From positions 22,320,001 to 22,384,000 of the forward strand of contig JBHGNT010000005.1 in assembly GCA_043228905.1 (NCBI GenBank): a stretch of 64,000 bases of DNA, given 5' to 3'. Shown here in pieces: positions 1 to 14,659 of the stretch. Source of the stretch: Azolla caroliniana. Its lineage: Eukaryota > Plantae > Polypodiophyta. Below the pieces are notes generated by a model. It saw only the letters and a list, made by a program, of their open reading frames with translations, was not told the DNA's origin and made no database searches. Made by a program: the position numbers and the translations under genes. Each line of letters starts with the position of its first letter. Within the stretch, counting starts at the first letter, position 1.

Positions 1-53
1 GAATAGTTTTCCACCTTGCTTTGCATTCAGGGAAGAGAAACGTCTATACTTAC

Positions 54-207
54 CTCTATTCGGGGGACCTCGGATTGGTGCACCCGTCTCGTCTCTTCCG
101 TCGTTTTGCTCGGCGGAATGAGGGGATTCTTTCGATTTCTGAGCATTTTGCCACCGTCTTGCGAGATAGCCGGAGCCAGCTGCTGCAAGAAGGATCCATA
201 CTTCCAT
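54..207 (-). CDS. First coding exon of a POLAR-like / At5g61040-like plant protein; gene continues off the left edge
   Basis: ATG at 207 reads MEVWILLAAAGSGYLARRWQNAQKSKES...PNR, then a strong donor G|GTAAGT at 53. The N-terminus resembles the M[DE]xWxxAAAxGxGYxAxxWQN start of that family (from memory). This frame is not in the ORF track. Confidence 0.6.
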
Positions 208-547
208 CTGAGAGAGAGAAGGAAGGCGGGCATTCTTTTGTCAAGGATTTCCAGGCAAAGCGGGGCAAGGATGGGCGGCGCGCATTGGAGAGACAGAGAT
301 GGGGCTATGTGATATGTGATATGTGCGCTCAACCAAATGGCAGAAACAGGGGAGGCTCTGTTTCTCTGTCTCTGTTCTCAGTCTCTTGTCTCTCAGTCTC
401 TGTCTCTGTGGAAACTTGAAAGAAGACCTTTGAGATTTATCAAAATTTGGTAGACCAGAGAAAGAGGCAGGCAGGCAAGCAAGCAAGCAAAAGCATCAAG
501 AAGGCAAATATAATCAAATCAATGAGAGCACAAATTCTTCCCCTAGA

Positions 548-826
548 ATAATGACCTATCAGATCGATCGACATACAAAAGAGCTTTTGCGATCGACAAA
601 CAAGAGAGCTTTCATGATCAATTCACACGCATGCATCAATTGAATGACCTATTGATCGATCGATGCATCGATCGGCTTCATAAGCCATCCAACAAACGAA
701 ATGAGAGAGCTTTTGTGATCGATTCACACTCGTGCATCGATCCGAATGACCTATTGATTGGCTTCAGAATGCCGTCCAACAAACGAGAGAGCTTTCGCGA
801 TCAATTCACACGCACACATCAATCGT
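548..826. repeat. Degenerate tandem repeat, about 3 units of ~85-110 bp rich in GATCGA
   Basis: Recurring blocks AATGACCTATTGATC, CAACAAACGA..GAGAGCTTT and GATC(A/G)ATTCACAC. Confidence 0.55.
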
Positions 827-2465
827 GCTCGTATACCATCCACACAAATGCGGGAGCTTTGCAGCCCATAGTCAATTTTGTTGTCATCGCCTTTATGCAA
901 TCAGTTTCGATGGGATCATGATAAGAAGCTAATCGACCATCGCCAAGATAAATTCAACGAGATACTCAGACTCCCCAACATGACTTATCCCACGAGTTAT
1001 TTTTCGCACATATGAGTAATGTCTCACTCGTGTCCCTACTAGCCTTAGATTGTGTACGCTTCAAATAGTAGTCATTTAGATGAGCTTTGAAGACATTTTT
1101 GGCATTGTGTATCCATGTTTGTGTACCATGGTTGAAATGTGGGGAAACCAATTGTTGATATGATAGAATGATGAGATCTCAAGTAAAGATATATATATTT
1201 TATCGTCCTCCAAAGCAAGAGATGATACACAGTACTAAGATACAATCCTCTTCCAAACTAAAGGAAACATTGGCATGTACCTTGTGTCTAGTTTTAGGAC
1301 AAAAATGTAATATATTAACAAACACACCAAGAAAGCACCAAACACAAACAAAGGCATGATGTACACTATGAAGTACTCTTTAAAGAGTTATATATTAACA
1401 TCTTTAAAGAGATACAAAGGAGTGAGTCCTCAACCTTACCCCTCTACAAGAGTGAAATTGTATCTGCAAGAGTAATATGTAAAGATCCTCCAAAGTAAAG
1501 AACTTTCAACCACCACCACCTTGCTAGTGCTTGTTATGCTATACAACATATTAAAATGTTTGTTGACACATCAACGCATTCCTCTAGTAATCTATCTTGT
1601 AAATCTAATGCAAGTCACAAGAAAGTTTGTAGAAAGTCCTTCATGTCTTCACTTCACACTTCCCATGGCAACCTGTTCTCTCCATTTTTACAATTGTCGT
1701 GATATATCTAAATTAATCAACAACACATCTCCAATACCATTGCCGAATATAGTGCCAAATATCTCGAAAATCATCAGCAATTCTACGTCGTAAGCTCATT
1801 TCATACCGTGATTGTTGTTTCTTTCGCGAGCCTAACTCTTTCCACGCAATGCATGTATAAAAAGAGCATGTTTCTCACCTTCAAACTGCTTGTGTCAATA
1901 TATTTTTAGACCACTTACCCACACCTACCCATGTTTCAGCAAGATCCAAATCCCAAGAACATGCAATATGGCAATAATAAGGTGGAATGTTCATACTATC
2001 ATAGATTCAATTTAACCATTTACAAAGCAAGTAGAACCACAACAAGAGAGTAACTAACTATATATCTCGTACCACCACCACAATGCCCATCCCCATAGTG
2101 TGTGAACCAGGTCTATTTGGCAAAATATAAAAAAAAATGTGCAATCAAATATTAATTTCAGTATGTACCAAACAATTATCAATACAAATGTGTGAATTGT
2201 GTCTAAAGTTTACACTTAAACCCGTGATAAATGGGAGAGAATGTTGGATGAGGCTGAAAACATGTTTGAATATACAATAATCCCCTGACGGAATATCTTC
2301 ACGCCAATCCTTTTCCTCATAAGAATTTGTGGAGGGGTGCTTGATCCCCAAAGGTATGTGTGTTAATAATTATGGGGAAGTAACCCCACAGAGATGTACA
2401 TCATTTCCCAAGTAACTATACAAGTTGTTTAAATTAGCTTTAGAATCATAGGATGAGATAATTTA

Positions 2466-4876
2466 TTATGGCTGCAAACGAATGTGCAATTCCCCTATAT
2501 TTGGAGTCCTACATTCCCCAACCGAATTATCACCGTTCAAGTGGGTCCTTGGTAGAGCTAGATGCATTAAGCGCTCACTCAAAACACAATGTGAGGGAAT
2601 GCTAGGACCCTCAGAATCTCGGGATGATTCTTCTACAATTTGAGTTTCCCCTCGACGTTGCCATCTCGAGATAGAAGATTCAGCAGCTTCAGAAACCAGA
2701 TTGTTTTCCACAGTCATTGATGTACTGGCATTGAGATAACCCGTCGAGATTCCTGAACCAGGAGTAACTGTTTTGTTAGAAGCTCCATGGACTAAGCTAT
2801 CTTTTGAAAGTCCCGATAAAGCTGATTTTGGTGCAATATGAAAGCCACTTGGACGCTCAAACATTGTATCTGGAAGAGCTCCAGGAACAAACCTAGGCTT
2901 TGCAGATAAACTTATAAGTGGACACGAGAAATGCCTCCATTCAGGAAATGTTCTCAAAGATATGCGGCAAATAGGACAAGTGGAATGCTGTCCAAGCCAC
3001 ATGTCAATGCATGCCACATGGAAGGCATGGCCACATCTTGGTAAGAATCGGAGAGCTTCCTTTTCCTTATAATCACCAAGACAGATTGTGCACCTTGTTT
3101 TGAAGTGGGGAAAATCATTAATTTACTTTAAACATAGCGCTAGATAAACAAAAGGCACATAAAAGGGCTGTGAGTTAGTTACAAGTTATCTTCTGAAGAG
3201 ACGAATATTTGTTGATTGAACTTGATTGTTGGAAACACTTTCACAATGGATGGATCCAAACCTTGCCAGGCTTGATTGACCTAAATGATACGCAAAATGA
3301 ATCAGTAAATTATCTAGAAAGAAAGCAAGGAAATACAACATCCATGCATACAAGGGAAATATGATATGCATGGTAAAGGTGGGAGCCAAATTTGGAAAGA
3401 TAAGAAAGAATTTAAATCACAAATCCCAACCACAAGTCTCAACTACAACATTGTTTTGGGTGGACAAGAGAAGAATACCTTACAAAAGTTTGTATATCTA
3501 TATCTATATATAGACAGATAGATATAGATATATAGATATATATATACATATATTTCAAACGTTTCCAAATGAGCTTTAACTTTACAGTGTTTCCAGGAGA
3601 CAGTTAACACAATTTGATTCCAGGAGAATTTAAATAGGCAAGAAAATTATGTGCTTCAGAGATGCATTGGAAGGAAGTCTTTCAAAACCTTATTGCATCA
3701 ATTACTAAATGCTTGGTCTTTAGTTGAATATCATCTACATGAAAGCTTTTTTTCTCACATAGCAAGAACAAGGTGCAGAACCAGTACAAAACCTTCAAGG
3801 ACTAAAAAGTATTCATACACAGGAAAATATGGGATTTTGCACAAACTAAATCAACAGAAAGTGAATTTTAATTATGATCAAATTAAATGCAATGTTTGAC
3901 ACTGAATGGAAATCTAGAAACTAGCATCACAGAACTCTGTCAGCCCCCCCCCCCCCCCCAATTATATGGGCATGGCATTAAGAATTGCATCAAATCTCTT
4001 TTAAAATCCCTTGTTTGTCACTTACTCCAATAGCCTTTGCCCATATGTTTTGCACACTATTCTGTTTGCTGATATTGAAAACAATGAAAAGAGAACTATG
4101 TACATATTAGAACAAAATCCAAATTACATATGAAACACTGAAATGGAAATCGCACTCCATTGTCCAAAAAAAATCTCCTCCCATTCTATTGCAATCTCAA
4201 GAACGACAGAGCCACCCATTGCAAGACTCTCAGAACCCCACAAAATCCTCACAGGTCATATTCAGAGGCTATCTTACTGACTCTCTATACCCTGGCCGTG
4301 GTTTGTACTTTCATTAACGAGTAGATTAAAGTAAAAAATCAACCAATTTACTAGATGTCCATGCAGAATGTAGGGATTGGAGGCTCTCCCTCTAGGTTGT
4401 ACCCTAGATGCAAGCCATTTTTATAACCCATTCACCTCAGTTCAGACCTCACTAGTTTCACAAATATACAGTATAAGGCTGCAGATTGTAGGTCTTGAGC
4501 TCATGAACTTCTGGTTCCCACCAACTGAACTACATTCTTCTGGTTTTGTCTTTCTGTCTCTCTACTTCTCTCTCACAAAAACACACCCAAAAGATAACAA
4601 AACAGGTGTATCTTGCTCTCAAAAAAAAAATTGTCCAAAAGAAAGAACAAAAACAAGAAAAAAAAGAAGCTTTGATCCTAAGATATCAAAAAGACTCACA
4701 GGAGAGCTTCTTCTAGCAGCATGCGCAATCTCGAGGTTATTTCCACGGCGCAAGCGGAAGCAGAGGAGGCGGCAGCAGATGATGAACATGAAGACGGCAC
4801 TCAAGACAAAGCCAAAGATAGTGATCACCATGTTCATACTAGAGCTCAGCACAGACCTCGAATGTACACTTCCCAT
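2466..4876 (-). CDS. ATL-family RING-H2 E3 ubiquitin ligase; exons 4876-4700, 3280-3183, 3093-2466
   Basis: Exon 1 has a TM helix (MVITIFGFVLSAVFMFIICC). Exon 2 has the GLD motif (QGLDPSIVKVFPTIKF). Exon 3 has the RING-H2 CTICLGDYKEKEALRFLPRCGHAFHVACIDMWLGQHSTCPIC. GT-AG sites and phases (0, 2) all match. Confidence 0.92.
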
Positions 4877-5299
4877 CAGAAATCAGGCCCAAAACACTCC
4901 TTCACCGCCCCATCCATGAATCCGAACAGAATCTTTAGGAAGAAGTCTTGACACAAAATCCTTATAAAGAAGAACATGCTGAAGACTTCATGAAGAATAT
5001 TAATGTGGATCCTTAGAAAGAAGAACCTGTCAAAGAATCCTTATGGAAGAGCATGCCGAATACTTGCAGTGCCAGAGGATCTTTACAAGAAGTATTATAT
5101 GAGGGATTGCTATTATGCCCGTGAAGCTTAACAGAAGCAGAGGAGCTAGAGAGCTTGTTCTCTTCCTCCTCCTCCTCCTCCTCTTCTTCTTCCCACTACT
5201 GACATATGGGCAAAGAATTGCTCTACTTTTTTGTAATCCTAAATTTTCCCTCGCCCCCTGTGTGTCGTTCTTTTTTGCACAATCCTGGTTCTCTACTTT

Positions 5300-5395
5300 T
5301 CTACCCTAATTCTCGCTGTGTGTGGATGTGCTCTGTTCTCACAAAAATCCAGGTTCACTGCTTTTTGAACAAATTAACCCTCTCGTTCTCTCTCT

Positions 5396-5426
<31 letters not shown>

Positions 5427-5578
5427 GTACGTCTGTATGTGTGTCTCTGTGGATGTTCTGTTTTTACACAAGCACGGTTCACTGCATTCGTACCCTAATT
5501 CTCACCCCCCGCACCTCTCTCTCTCTCTCTGTGAATGCTCTGTTTTTACGCAATCACAGTTCTCTGCAATCGTACCCT

Positions 5579-5648
<70 letters not shown>

Positions 5649-5690
5649 GGATGCTCTGCCTCTCTGAATTTTACCCTAATCCTCTGCATC
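5300..5690. repeat. (CT)n microsatellites interleaved with a degenerate repeat ending in ACCCTAAT, upstream of the ATL gene
   Basis: Long (CT)n at ~5583-5646; recurring GT(G/A)GATGTTCTGTTTTTAC...CGTACCCTAATTCTC units. Confidence 0.6.
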
Positions 5691-6265
5691 CAAAAGCTTG
5701 TCATACCTTGCTGTTGAAAAGCAGCTCTTAGGCTTTTTAGCGTTCTGCTTTCCTTGCTTTCTGCTTATTCTTTGCGTTCTGCTTTTTTTGCTTTTTGCTT
5801 TTTGCTTTTCTGATTGCTTTTCACAGCTTGCTGTTTTCGACGTGGAAAATACCCGGCCGTGCCGCGGGCCCGCTTTCACTTCGATTTTTTGCCATTCACA
5901 TTTTTGTGTTTCGTTTCTCTGCCCCCGATCCGCATTGCATGCGTGTTGGGACAAGGAAGGCTCTCAAGTGGTGACAGGCACAGAAGGCAACATACATTAC
6001 TCGTCCTAGAACGGGCGATCACATTCGGCAGTTTAAAGCTGTGAACAAATGAGACATTCGCCGATTTTTGTCTCTGGACTCATCAGATAGATCTCCGCTC
6101 GGGCACCCCGAGTGGCCACGATGGACATTACTTTGTCCGAAACTGTGAGAAATGTGATCATGTGTTTTCATTTGGCATTTCCTCCGGCCCCATAATATGA
6201 TCGAAACCGTAGTTTTTGTCTATGCACATATAATATATATATATATATATGTTACTTGTTTCTCT

Positions 6266-6315
<50 letters not shown>

Positions 6316-9300
6316 AATCGGTTTCTAAAAGCGAGATTCATCATTGTAATCGCAAATAAGAGGCAAAGCACCACATTGTGCTTTGCACGTAATGCCTTGT
6401 GAAATTATTTGTTTAGCTATGCTTTGGGTGGCACACACTTGTTTTTAGCATCGCGTACACCCCCCCCCCCCCTTCAACATCACCCTTTTTATTTATTTAT
6501 TTATTGTCATAAACGCCGCTGCTCCTTGAAGCTTTTTACCTTATTTTTCTCGGTATGCTCTACTTTAACGCAATTCTGATGCGAGAATGAAGGTAAGATT
6601 TGCGAAAGAGTTTATGTATCTAAAAGGAATATCTTAGTGAATGAGCTTTTCATTTGCATAATTTTGTCATTCTCATCTATGCATTGAAAAACTTGGCTTT
6701 CATGGGCCAATTTCGTATCCCTCATAGTTCATATATTATTTCATGTTAGCTCAACACACCAATCCTAGTTGTCATGGAAGTCGTCGACCCTCTAAGATTG
6801 AGTATGTGGTAGTAGTAGTTGGACAAGTAATCGGAGTTTGAAACTTATTAACATGAATTCAATGGAAGGTGTTTGCCTACACACACTTGCATGGGGTATT
6901 AATATTATAAATACACCCAATTCTTTTTTCAAAATTATACTTAGTGTTTGGAAGTTGGGACATGGTTTCAGGTATATCATAAAATGGGTTGTTTCTATAC
7001 CCATACTAAAACTTGCAACTTCATGTTCACTCCGTTCGCATGTGATCTGCTTCCTCCTTTCAATATTGCATATATCAAGCTATTGAACTTATATATGTTA
7101 TTATCTTATAAACGGATGGTGCCATGGATTTGATATCGCATATCTCTCTACGCATGCTTCATGCTACATGCATATGTGGTTATATGACATCTTACTTGTC
7201 CTAGAACTGTGGAGAACATTGAGTTTGAAAGCAAGATATCTTATTCTAGCATGTTATCTTGATGGAACACATTATTGTCCACCCAACTTTTTTATGTGAT
7301 GTTCTGCTTTATTGTAGGCAATATCATGTGAATAGGAATGAAACACTTGGATTTCGGGATTGATTTGATGTTGATGTTGTCAACCAATCAAACAATTAGT
7401 GGCATCGATTGAAAGATGCTTTCCTTTCCTTTCGTTGTGTGAGATTGCATGGTTTTACCTTTAGAGCTTTGTGCTGATATGTTTTCTCATGTTTGTTTAG
7501 CCAAAAACGAGTGTAGAATATTGAATCTTGAATCAAGCATGATTATCATAGATTCTTTTACTCTAGCTGAACATGTTGTGGTCCAATCAATTGCTTTACA
7601 CGCCAACACTTCCCTTTATCATTAGTACTGTAATTATCACACATTGGGTCTTTATGCAAAAGGATGGGATACTTTGCCTTACAAGAACAAACATCTTGAT
7701 CGTGTTTCATGCGAGAGCATCAAGGCGTGCAAACGTCATGATAATCTAGGTGACACAAGCATGTGATAAAATTTGGATGGCATCAACTAATCTGCAAGCA
7801 CATTTGGTTAACTAAATCAAGTTTATCAAGCACAGACAACATGGTTGTTATTCATGTGAGAGCATTGAGGCATGCAAACATGTCTTAAAAATTGGACAAG
7901 ATCAACTAATATGCAAGCACCTTCGGTTAATTGCGTCGAGTTTATGAACATATTGATATTGAACAAGGGGAATTCTCATTGTTGTAATTAGGGCACACTC
8001 TAGTTATCTCATATAATAGGTTATTGGTTAACTTAAACTTGGTTCCTCGTGTTTGCTTTCTTTTCCTAGTATTTTTAAACGAAAACCAATTATGTTCATG
8101 TAGAGTTTTCACAATTAATATCTTAAAGCAACTTCATATGTATCTCTATTACAAATGGGAATGTAAAATAAAATAATTCTAGTTTAGGCATATCACCGCG
8201 TGCATTATAAATTTGACACCCTGAGGTTCATAAATTGGATAATGTTTACGACATTCAACATTTCCACATCTTGTGATAGTAGAAATAAACAAAGCACGTG
8301 AAGCCAATATTACGACATATATCATTGGCATCCCTTACCTTAAGCAATCATGCACGCTATACGTAGAAACTAAACAACAATGTTAGATTTCCCCATAATC
8401 CAAGGATACAACCTTCACACAATAGATTTCGTCTTAACATTGAAGAAATGTGTTTGCACAAACATTATATTCATGTAAATATATGTAAGAGTACTTATTG
8501 TAAATTTATAAGGTTACAATTTGCTCTTTGTAGAAGTCAAAGTTGTGTGTGAAGTCGGAAGATGTATGTTATCATCATGTCGAAAACATGAGTTTGATGA
8601 GCTGAAAACAAAATATGACAATCTAAAGATTTGCTCTAAAAGTCAGTGTTTGTGGCTTGAATGTTAGAAATGATAGGTTGTTACAATAGCCTCCACATTA
8701 AAACATCGGTCAAAGGACAATCACTTTAATTTGAAAAGTGTAGAGCGATACACAATCATGAATCATGATCATTACTAATTTGTATTATTGTCCAAATATA
8801 TATATTCCTTGTAATACAAACATTGCCACCCATTGCATATGTTCATTTATAGACAAAAAAGGCATAAAAAGTGACCGCTCAAAAAGTCTTGCATCTTCCA
8901 AGCGTACGCACACAACAAATGCACATATACATGCATATATAAATTGTGTATGCATCTTTATGCGTGTGTTAGGCACATGTACATGCACACAATCACATTC
9001 ATGATTCATAGAATGAAGCTTGGAAAGAATAATTCTTATTGCAAGTGATCTTATCTACCCATCATCAAAGTATTGATTCTTAGAACAATTAGATATCATT
9101 CCACGTAGAGAATTCATTGTTGAGGGTTAGGTTCATCAGTTGACTGTAACTAGGATAAGGAGCCCACGAGAAGAGTGTGATGCACACAAATAATATGTGG
9201 GAATGTATTTCATGATCAAGATATTCTATAGAACAAGTAACTAACAATCATCCACCTGCGTATTTATCTCTTTATGGTTCAACATGTGGAGGATATCACC

Positions 9301-11693
9301 CTTTGAGTATGTGCAGTTGGTCAAATTGTAAGTTATATCGGGAATCTAAAATGCTCATATTGTCGCATCAAGTTATGAGGTATATTATGCCTCAACGACC
9401 AAACGTTGATCGAAAATTATTCCATTGCGTTCTTGATCGCCTGAAATAAAAGGTGTTGTAAATTAGCCCTAAAATAAAAATGAGTGTCTAATGGGCGTGC
9501 TTTTCAAGAAAAACTACACCAAGATATTATTATTGTTGTTGTTATTGATAAGACATTCACATTCATACTTTACTTTGGGTAAAAAAAATCAATCTTTGTA
9601 TGAAAGTTATCCCTTTCGAAGTTACTCATTCCTTTACAACTGGTCTCTACATACTTGACATTTATGTAATGGGTACGAGTCCTTTTTGCCTACTTCGACA
9701 AATTTAGTGGCCATGCTTTCCCATCTAAAAGATATACAATTTTGCTAAAAATATATTCGTCCATTATTGGGGTGATTCAGGAAAATAGTTGAAATGAGGT
9801 TTATGTGTGACGTGGAATTTTGAGTGTTTTGTCATGTCATGTTTTTTAATTCAAGTTTTGTTTTATAGTGTACATTGTCTTTTCCAAATATTACATTGGG
9901 TTTTTCATCCAATCATATCCAACTTCTGTTATTGTCTATCTAATCAATGCATAAAATGTTTCTTGGAGTCGTACCGTTGTCGGCATTCTGTTATCATTCA
10001 TGTGTTCAATAGAATAAAAATGGAATAAACTCATGGGACAAGGTAACATAAACAACAGGAATTTATGTGACACACTTTGAACACCTTGGAACAGTGAGAT
10101 TTTTTAGATTTTGCACTATAACTCACACTCCACAAGCAATCAATATTTGTTATGTTTCACACATTTGCTCTAATGCAAAAATATCCTTTTTCTTTGATCA
10201 CTAAAATGGTATTGGTAATTGATGCTTTATAAAATACACACTGTCATATTTGTACATATTTAAAAGTTGGATATGGATAAGTTTCATATTTGTATTTAGA
10301 AGTTGGATATGGATAATGACTGTTGTATGATTGATATAAAATAACATCTAAATTTCTAGTTTCATAACATTGTTTTTGGTGAGATTATCAAGAGTGGTCC
10401 TGTCCATGTCAAGATATCATCAAATTGCATTGATTTATTGCTCTCCATAAAGAAATCATATAAGTGAGCTTATAAACGGGGAGACTAGTTTATAGTCCAC
10501 AAAAACTTTTTGTTTTTTTAACTGCTAATTATGCAAATTTAGTTATTTTCTATTTAAAAATACAATTGGTAAACTATGAATCCTCATCCTGGCAATAAGG
10601 AAATTTAAGCTTGAGTTGAAGTTGTGTATTCGAACATTCATCATCATCTATAATGGTTAGGTAGTCCCTAGCAACGAACTTAGAATTCCTCGAAAGAAGT
10701 TGGTCATTCTATATTTCATTCTAGTTGCAATCCTCTATTTTAAATTCATCTCTTTCAAAGGCTTCCCCACATGTTGTCTCCCTTCAATATCAGAGCTATG
10801 TTTCCATCCTTAATCCAAACGATCACTCAAATGTGGCAATATAATATCAAGATTCTTCCAAAAATGTCAAGTCTCAAAAAGTGGATCACGCCCTTTTTAA
10901 TCCTATCAAGTGCAGTGTTTCCTACGCTAGTTAACATCCATCTTTCTCATTGAATGATTGAATACAACACATTGGCATCTATAATGTTATAATTGGAATT
11001 TAGCATGACAATACACAAGGATATCGTGCCATGAAGATCAATCGACATGAAATCAATTATAGGATTGGTACCATCAACACACATATAATGTTATTACACA
11101 TTGTGAAAGCAAATTTTGAATGATCGTAATGCCCCACAAAGTAATCAAAAGACCGTTTGCATGACTTATATGTCAAACTTCACAATATAAATATTAACGT
11201 ATATCTTTCTCATTAGATGATAGATTATAACAATAGCTACCTACTACTATACCCATACAATATAAAGAATTAAATCACAACACAAGATGGCGATTTTCTT
11301 CCCTACACAACCTTGAATCCACCACTTGTTATTACTCTCTTGCTCTGTGCATGGAAAAAGCACTAGGCTATAATGTTCTTTACATTTACGACATATTTAT
11401 GCAACAATCAAGAAGAGCAAATTAGCATTATACACCGATGTATTTTCGAGAAAATTATAAACATGACATCACTTAGAAAATATGTTTCGAAAAGCCAAAG
11501 CTCGAGAAGCTAAATATACCTACAAGTGTTTAAGAGATCATTGATTAATTGAACAGATCACAGGATTGAATCTGAGTTCGCTTTATTCGTTTCGAAATTG
11601 TTCGACAAATTCGGTGGTTGATCAAAAACTTACAATCCCAAGTGTTTATACAGAGTAAACCACAATGAGAAAGCAAAAAAGGGCAAAATCATT

Positions 11694-13771
11694 CTATTTG
11701 ATCAGTTTAACATGAGATATGTGTGAACCATATTGTCTTTCCTGCTCCTTGTGAAGCAAGTTCTCGGCATCTCTCAATGCTTTCTGCCTCTTCATCTCAC
11801 TTTCTTCAGCACACGACCTCACTTGTGATCCAAACATATACAAAGCTTTTGCAGCTTTTTTCCTATGTAGAAAAAACTTATCTTCAACATTTGGAAAACA
11901 GAACATGATCCTCGTAGCTCCATCTACTGATTTAAATTCAGCGGAAATGCAGTCCACAAGTTTTTCTTTACTTCCCCAAACCCCCTAATATGTCCACTGT
12001 TTCCACCAGTGGCATTGAATCCCCATCTAGTTGTTCAAATAGCATTTATAATTGGGACAAAAGGGGATGATATTCATAGAATTTACCCAAACAGTACATA
12101 CAATTGCTCAAGAAGGGGGGATTGATTAAGGGCATCTGGGGAAATAATGAAAACTTAAAAGGGAGGTTGGGGGGGTCTGGCAAAATAAAGAAAAACTTCA
12201 GGGCACATTGTCTGGAGTTTTTATAATTAAGACAGATATGAATTATACATAGTCTGCATACCTTGCCTCGGTTTTGCTACCAGAAGTGGAATGAATTGCA
12301 TTTCCAACCACACGAATTGCGGCTTCTCGGAAAATTTGCTCTACATTTAAACACTCTGTTCCAACTGTCTGCATTAGAACATATTAATTTCATTCAGCTA
12401 TATGCCATAACTCCTTAACAATAGTTATCATTATTATTCGCAGTATATTCGATATAAGAAATCATTCGCAAGCACTCTTATTCAATGACCTATCATAATG
12501 GGGTAGAGAAACCAATCGAAACATAAAATGCCATGTCTTTCTTTCACATGGCAATAGTATATAATACATAAACTTAAATGCTATTGTGTATCACCATGGA
12601 TCGCATGCTCTTTTAAAAAAAGGCAATAATGCTGCATACTTGTCACACAAGAAAAGACCTTTCAAAACACTCTTTCAGAAGACATTCATTTGAATGGCAC
12701 TCCAAAACAATCTCCGGACGGAGCTAATATACTAGTAATAGGGATGCACAAAAAACACATCAATGGATGTAGTATGCGATAATACACACTGACAATTTGA
12801 TCCAAAGCAAAGAGAAAAACAATGAGTTTCTGAAATCAATGCACCTTCATGATGACAAAAAGAATAAAACATGAAATGAGCGTGAACAAAATTGGCAAAA
12901 GGACTTTAACAAGAATCAAATGAGATGTTTGGATATTTAGCCTACCTCAGTAGTGAGAAGCACAGAGTAGTAGATATCGTGGACAAGGGCATCTCGATCG
13001 AAGTGTTCTTCTCCGGTTCTTGCCTTGCTTATGAAATCTTGCATAGTTTGCTGGAATTTCTTTTTCTCAAAATCTCCATATTTCCGAGACTCATCGCATA
13101 CACAATGCCCAAACACAGAGACGACATCGAGTGGAATACTACTCTTCTCTGCATCTGACTGCATTTCAAGAGAAAAGAAGAACCAGAATAAATCTCAGAA
13201 GCATAAAAAATGGAGATTGAAAAGACTCTTGCTGCATATTCCTATCGATTCCATTCATCAAACAAAATGCAAAAAAACATTTCTTCAAGCTTGAAGAAGA
13301 GAAATGATGTGGATTATTACCATGCGCTTTCCCGTCTGCACGGCTGTTGCAACTACTTCATGCTTGTAACCAGCCATGTAAAGGAAGTACACCTTCTGTA
13401 GAACTGCCATCAGTAGATAAAAGATCAATCGTAGAAAAATAAATCTGAGTAGTGATGATTCAACAACGACCATCATCGGCAATGACAACTATATGTGAGA
13501 AGTGAGAGATTGAGAGACGTAGAATCTCCTCCATGGTGTCAGAATTAAACACAATAGACATAGATTTTATATAGAGGGCTTTAGATGATTAGAGAACACC
13601 TTCGAAAATCAGGTCTTCTGGAGGGAGACCTCGATTTCTGAGCTCTCCAAGGACGTTACGTTCATGGTTGCTGCCATAGCTTTTCCTCACTTTGTTCACA
13701 GTAACTGAGAGAGCAGAGAGGCCACTCTTGGTGGCACTATAGAAAAACCCAGCGCCTTTCTTCGCAGACAT
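11694..13771 (-). pseudogene. Unidentified multi-exon gene, probably disrupted; exons ~13771-13600, 13488-13393, 13154-12946, 12368-12262, ~12026-11694
   Basis: GT-AG-bounded exons with protein-like content (MSAKKGAGFFYSATK...; DAEKSSIPLDVVSVFGHCVCDESRKY...; TVGTECLNVEQIFREAAIRVVGNAI...; KEKLVDCISAEFKSVDG...). In the best-phase model exon 2 has an in-frame TGA (13462-13460) and the last exon needs a 1-nt frameshift in a G-run near 11981-11985. Confidence 0.55.
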
Positions 13772-14254
13772 TCTGAATGCTAGCTGTATATACATATATA
13801 CATACACAATCACACACACACACATATATATATAAGCATAATCTCTTCTACAAAATCATCAAAGATCTGAGAGGAAGAAGGGGACACATGATCATAGCAG
13901 AGAGACATAGCAAAAGAAGAAGAAAAGAACCAGTCTTTTATACTACCTCATCTTCGATTGTTCGGCTCCAGAAAAGACAAAGCTGTGTGTCAGAATTAGG
14001 TTTAAATTTGTCAATCCTACAGAAGTTTGCTCAGAGAGAGAGAGAGGTATTTCAAGAACTACTGCAGCTGAAGGCGACAAAGCCTTGACTTCAACATATA
14101 AAGAAAGTCTCTCTTCATTTCTGCTTTCTTTTTTCCTTCCATTCTTCTGTCTTCTGTTGTCCATGGTGTCAGGGAGGTCTGCAACAACCACCATACCAGA
14201 CAGCAGGAACAGAGTGAATGGGATCTCCTGATGGAACCCACCATATCCCTCTCT

Positions 14255-14348
14255 ATATGTATAACAGTATATGTATTATGTATTATGTATTATGTATTAT
14301 GTATAACAGTATATGTATATCATATATGTATAACAGTATATGTATATG

Positions 14349-14380
<32 letters not shown>

Positions 14381-14480
14381 TGTATGTTTGTATGTATGTA
14401 TGTATGTGCATACATGTGTTGGTACCTTCGTAAATGTTTGTGTAATGTGCATGTATGTGCATGTGTATATGTATGTATAG
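14255..14480. repeat. (TATG)n / TATGTAT microsatellite field
   Basis: Directly visible; it generates several spurious ORFs. Confidence 0.9.
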
Positions 14481-14659
14481 CTTCGTCAATCGACGTTTCT
14501 ATTTGCTACCAAAATCATAAAGAGGCTCTGTGAGGGAATCGCGGTCAGAGACGGTGCATGGCATGTGTTCAGTAATCCTGTGCGATCCGCACCATCGTTT
14601 CATTTATCCTTAAAAAAAAGTGTGCATCCATTGGCTCTGACAAGCCTCCACACATCTAA

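Noticed and set aside
1153-1548. Possible solo LTR (TGTTG...CAACA)
   Set aside because: No matching TSD and no second copy in the window.
5115-6044. Hydrophobic or LSLSLS ORFs (also 14218-14533, 30263-30864, 50440-51057)
   Set aside because: Translations of microsatellites and T-rich noncoding DNA.
6500-11500. Short ORFs in AT-rich intergenic DNA
   Set aside because: No recognisable motifs or consistent exon structure; probably old TE debris that I cannot classify.
12262-12368. EAAIR resembling the ribosome-inactivating-protein EAAR motif
   Set aside because: The E-x-x-R spacing is wrong and no other RIP motifs are recognisable.
13460-13465. TGT-TGA read as Cys-selenocysteine
   Set aside because: Land plants lack the Sec machinery and no SECIS was identified. 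A CGA-to-TGA deamination is simpler.
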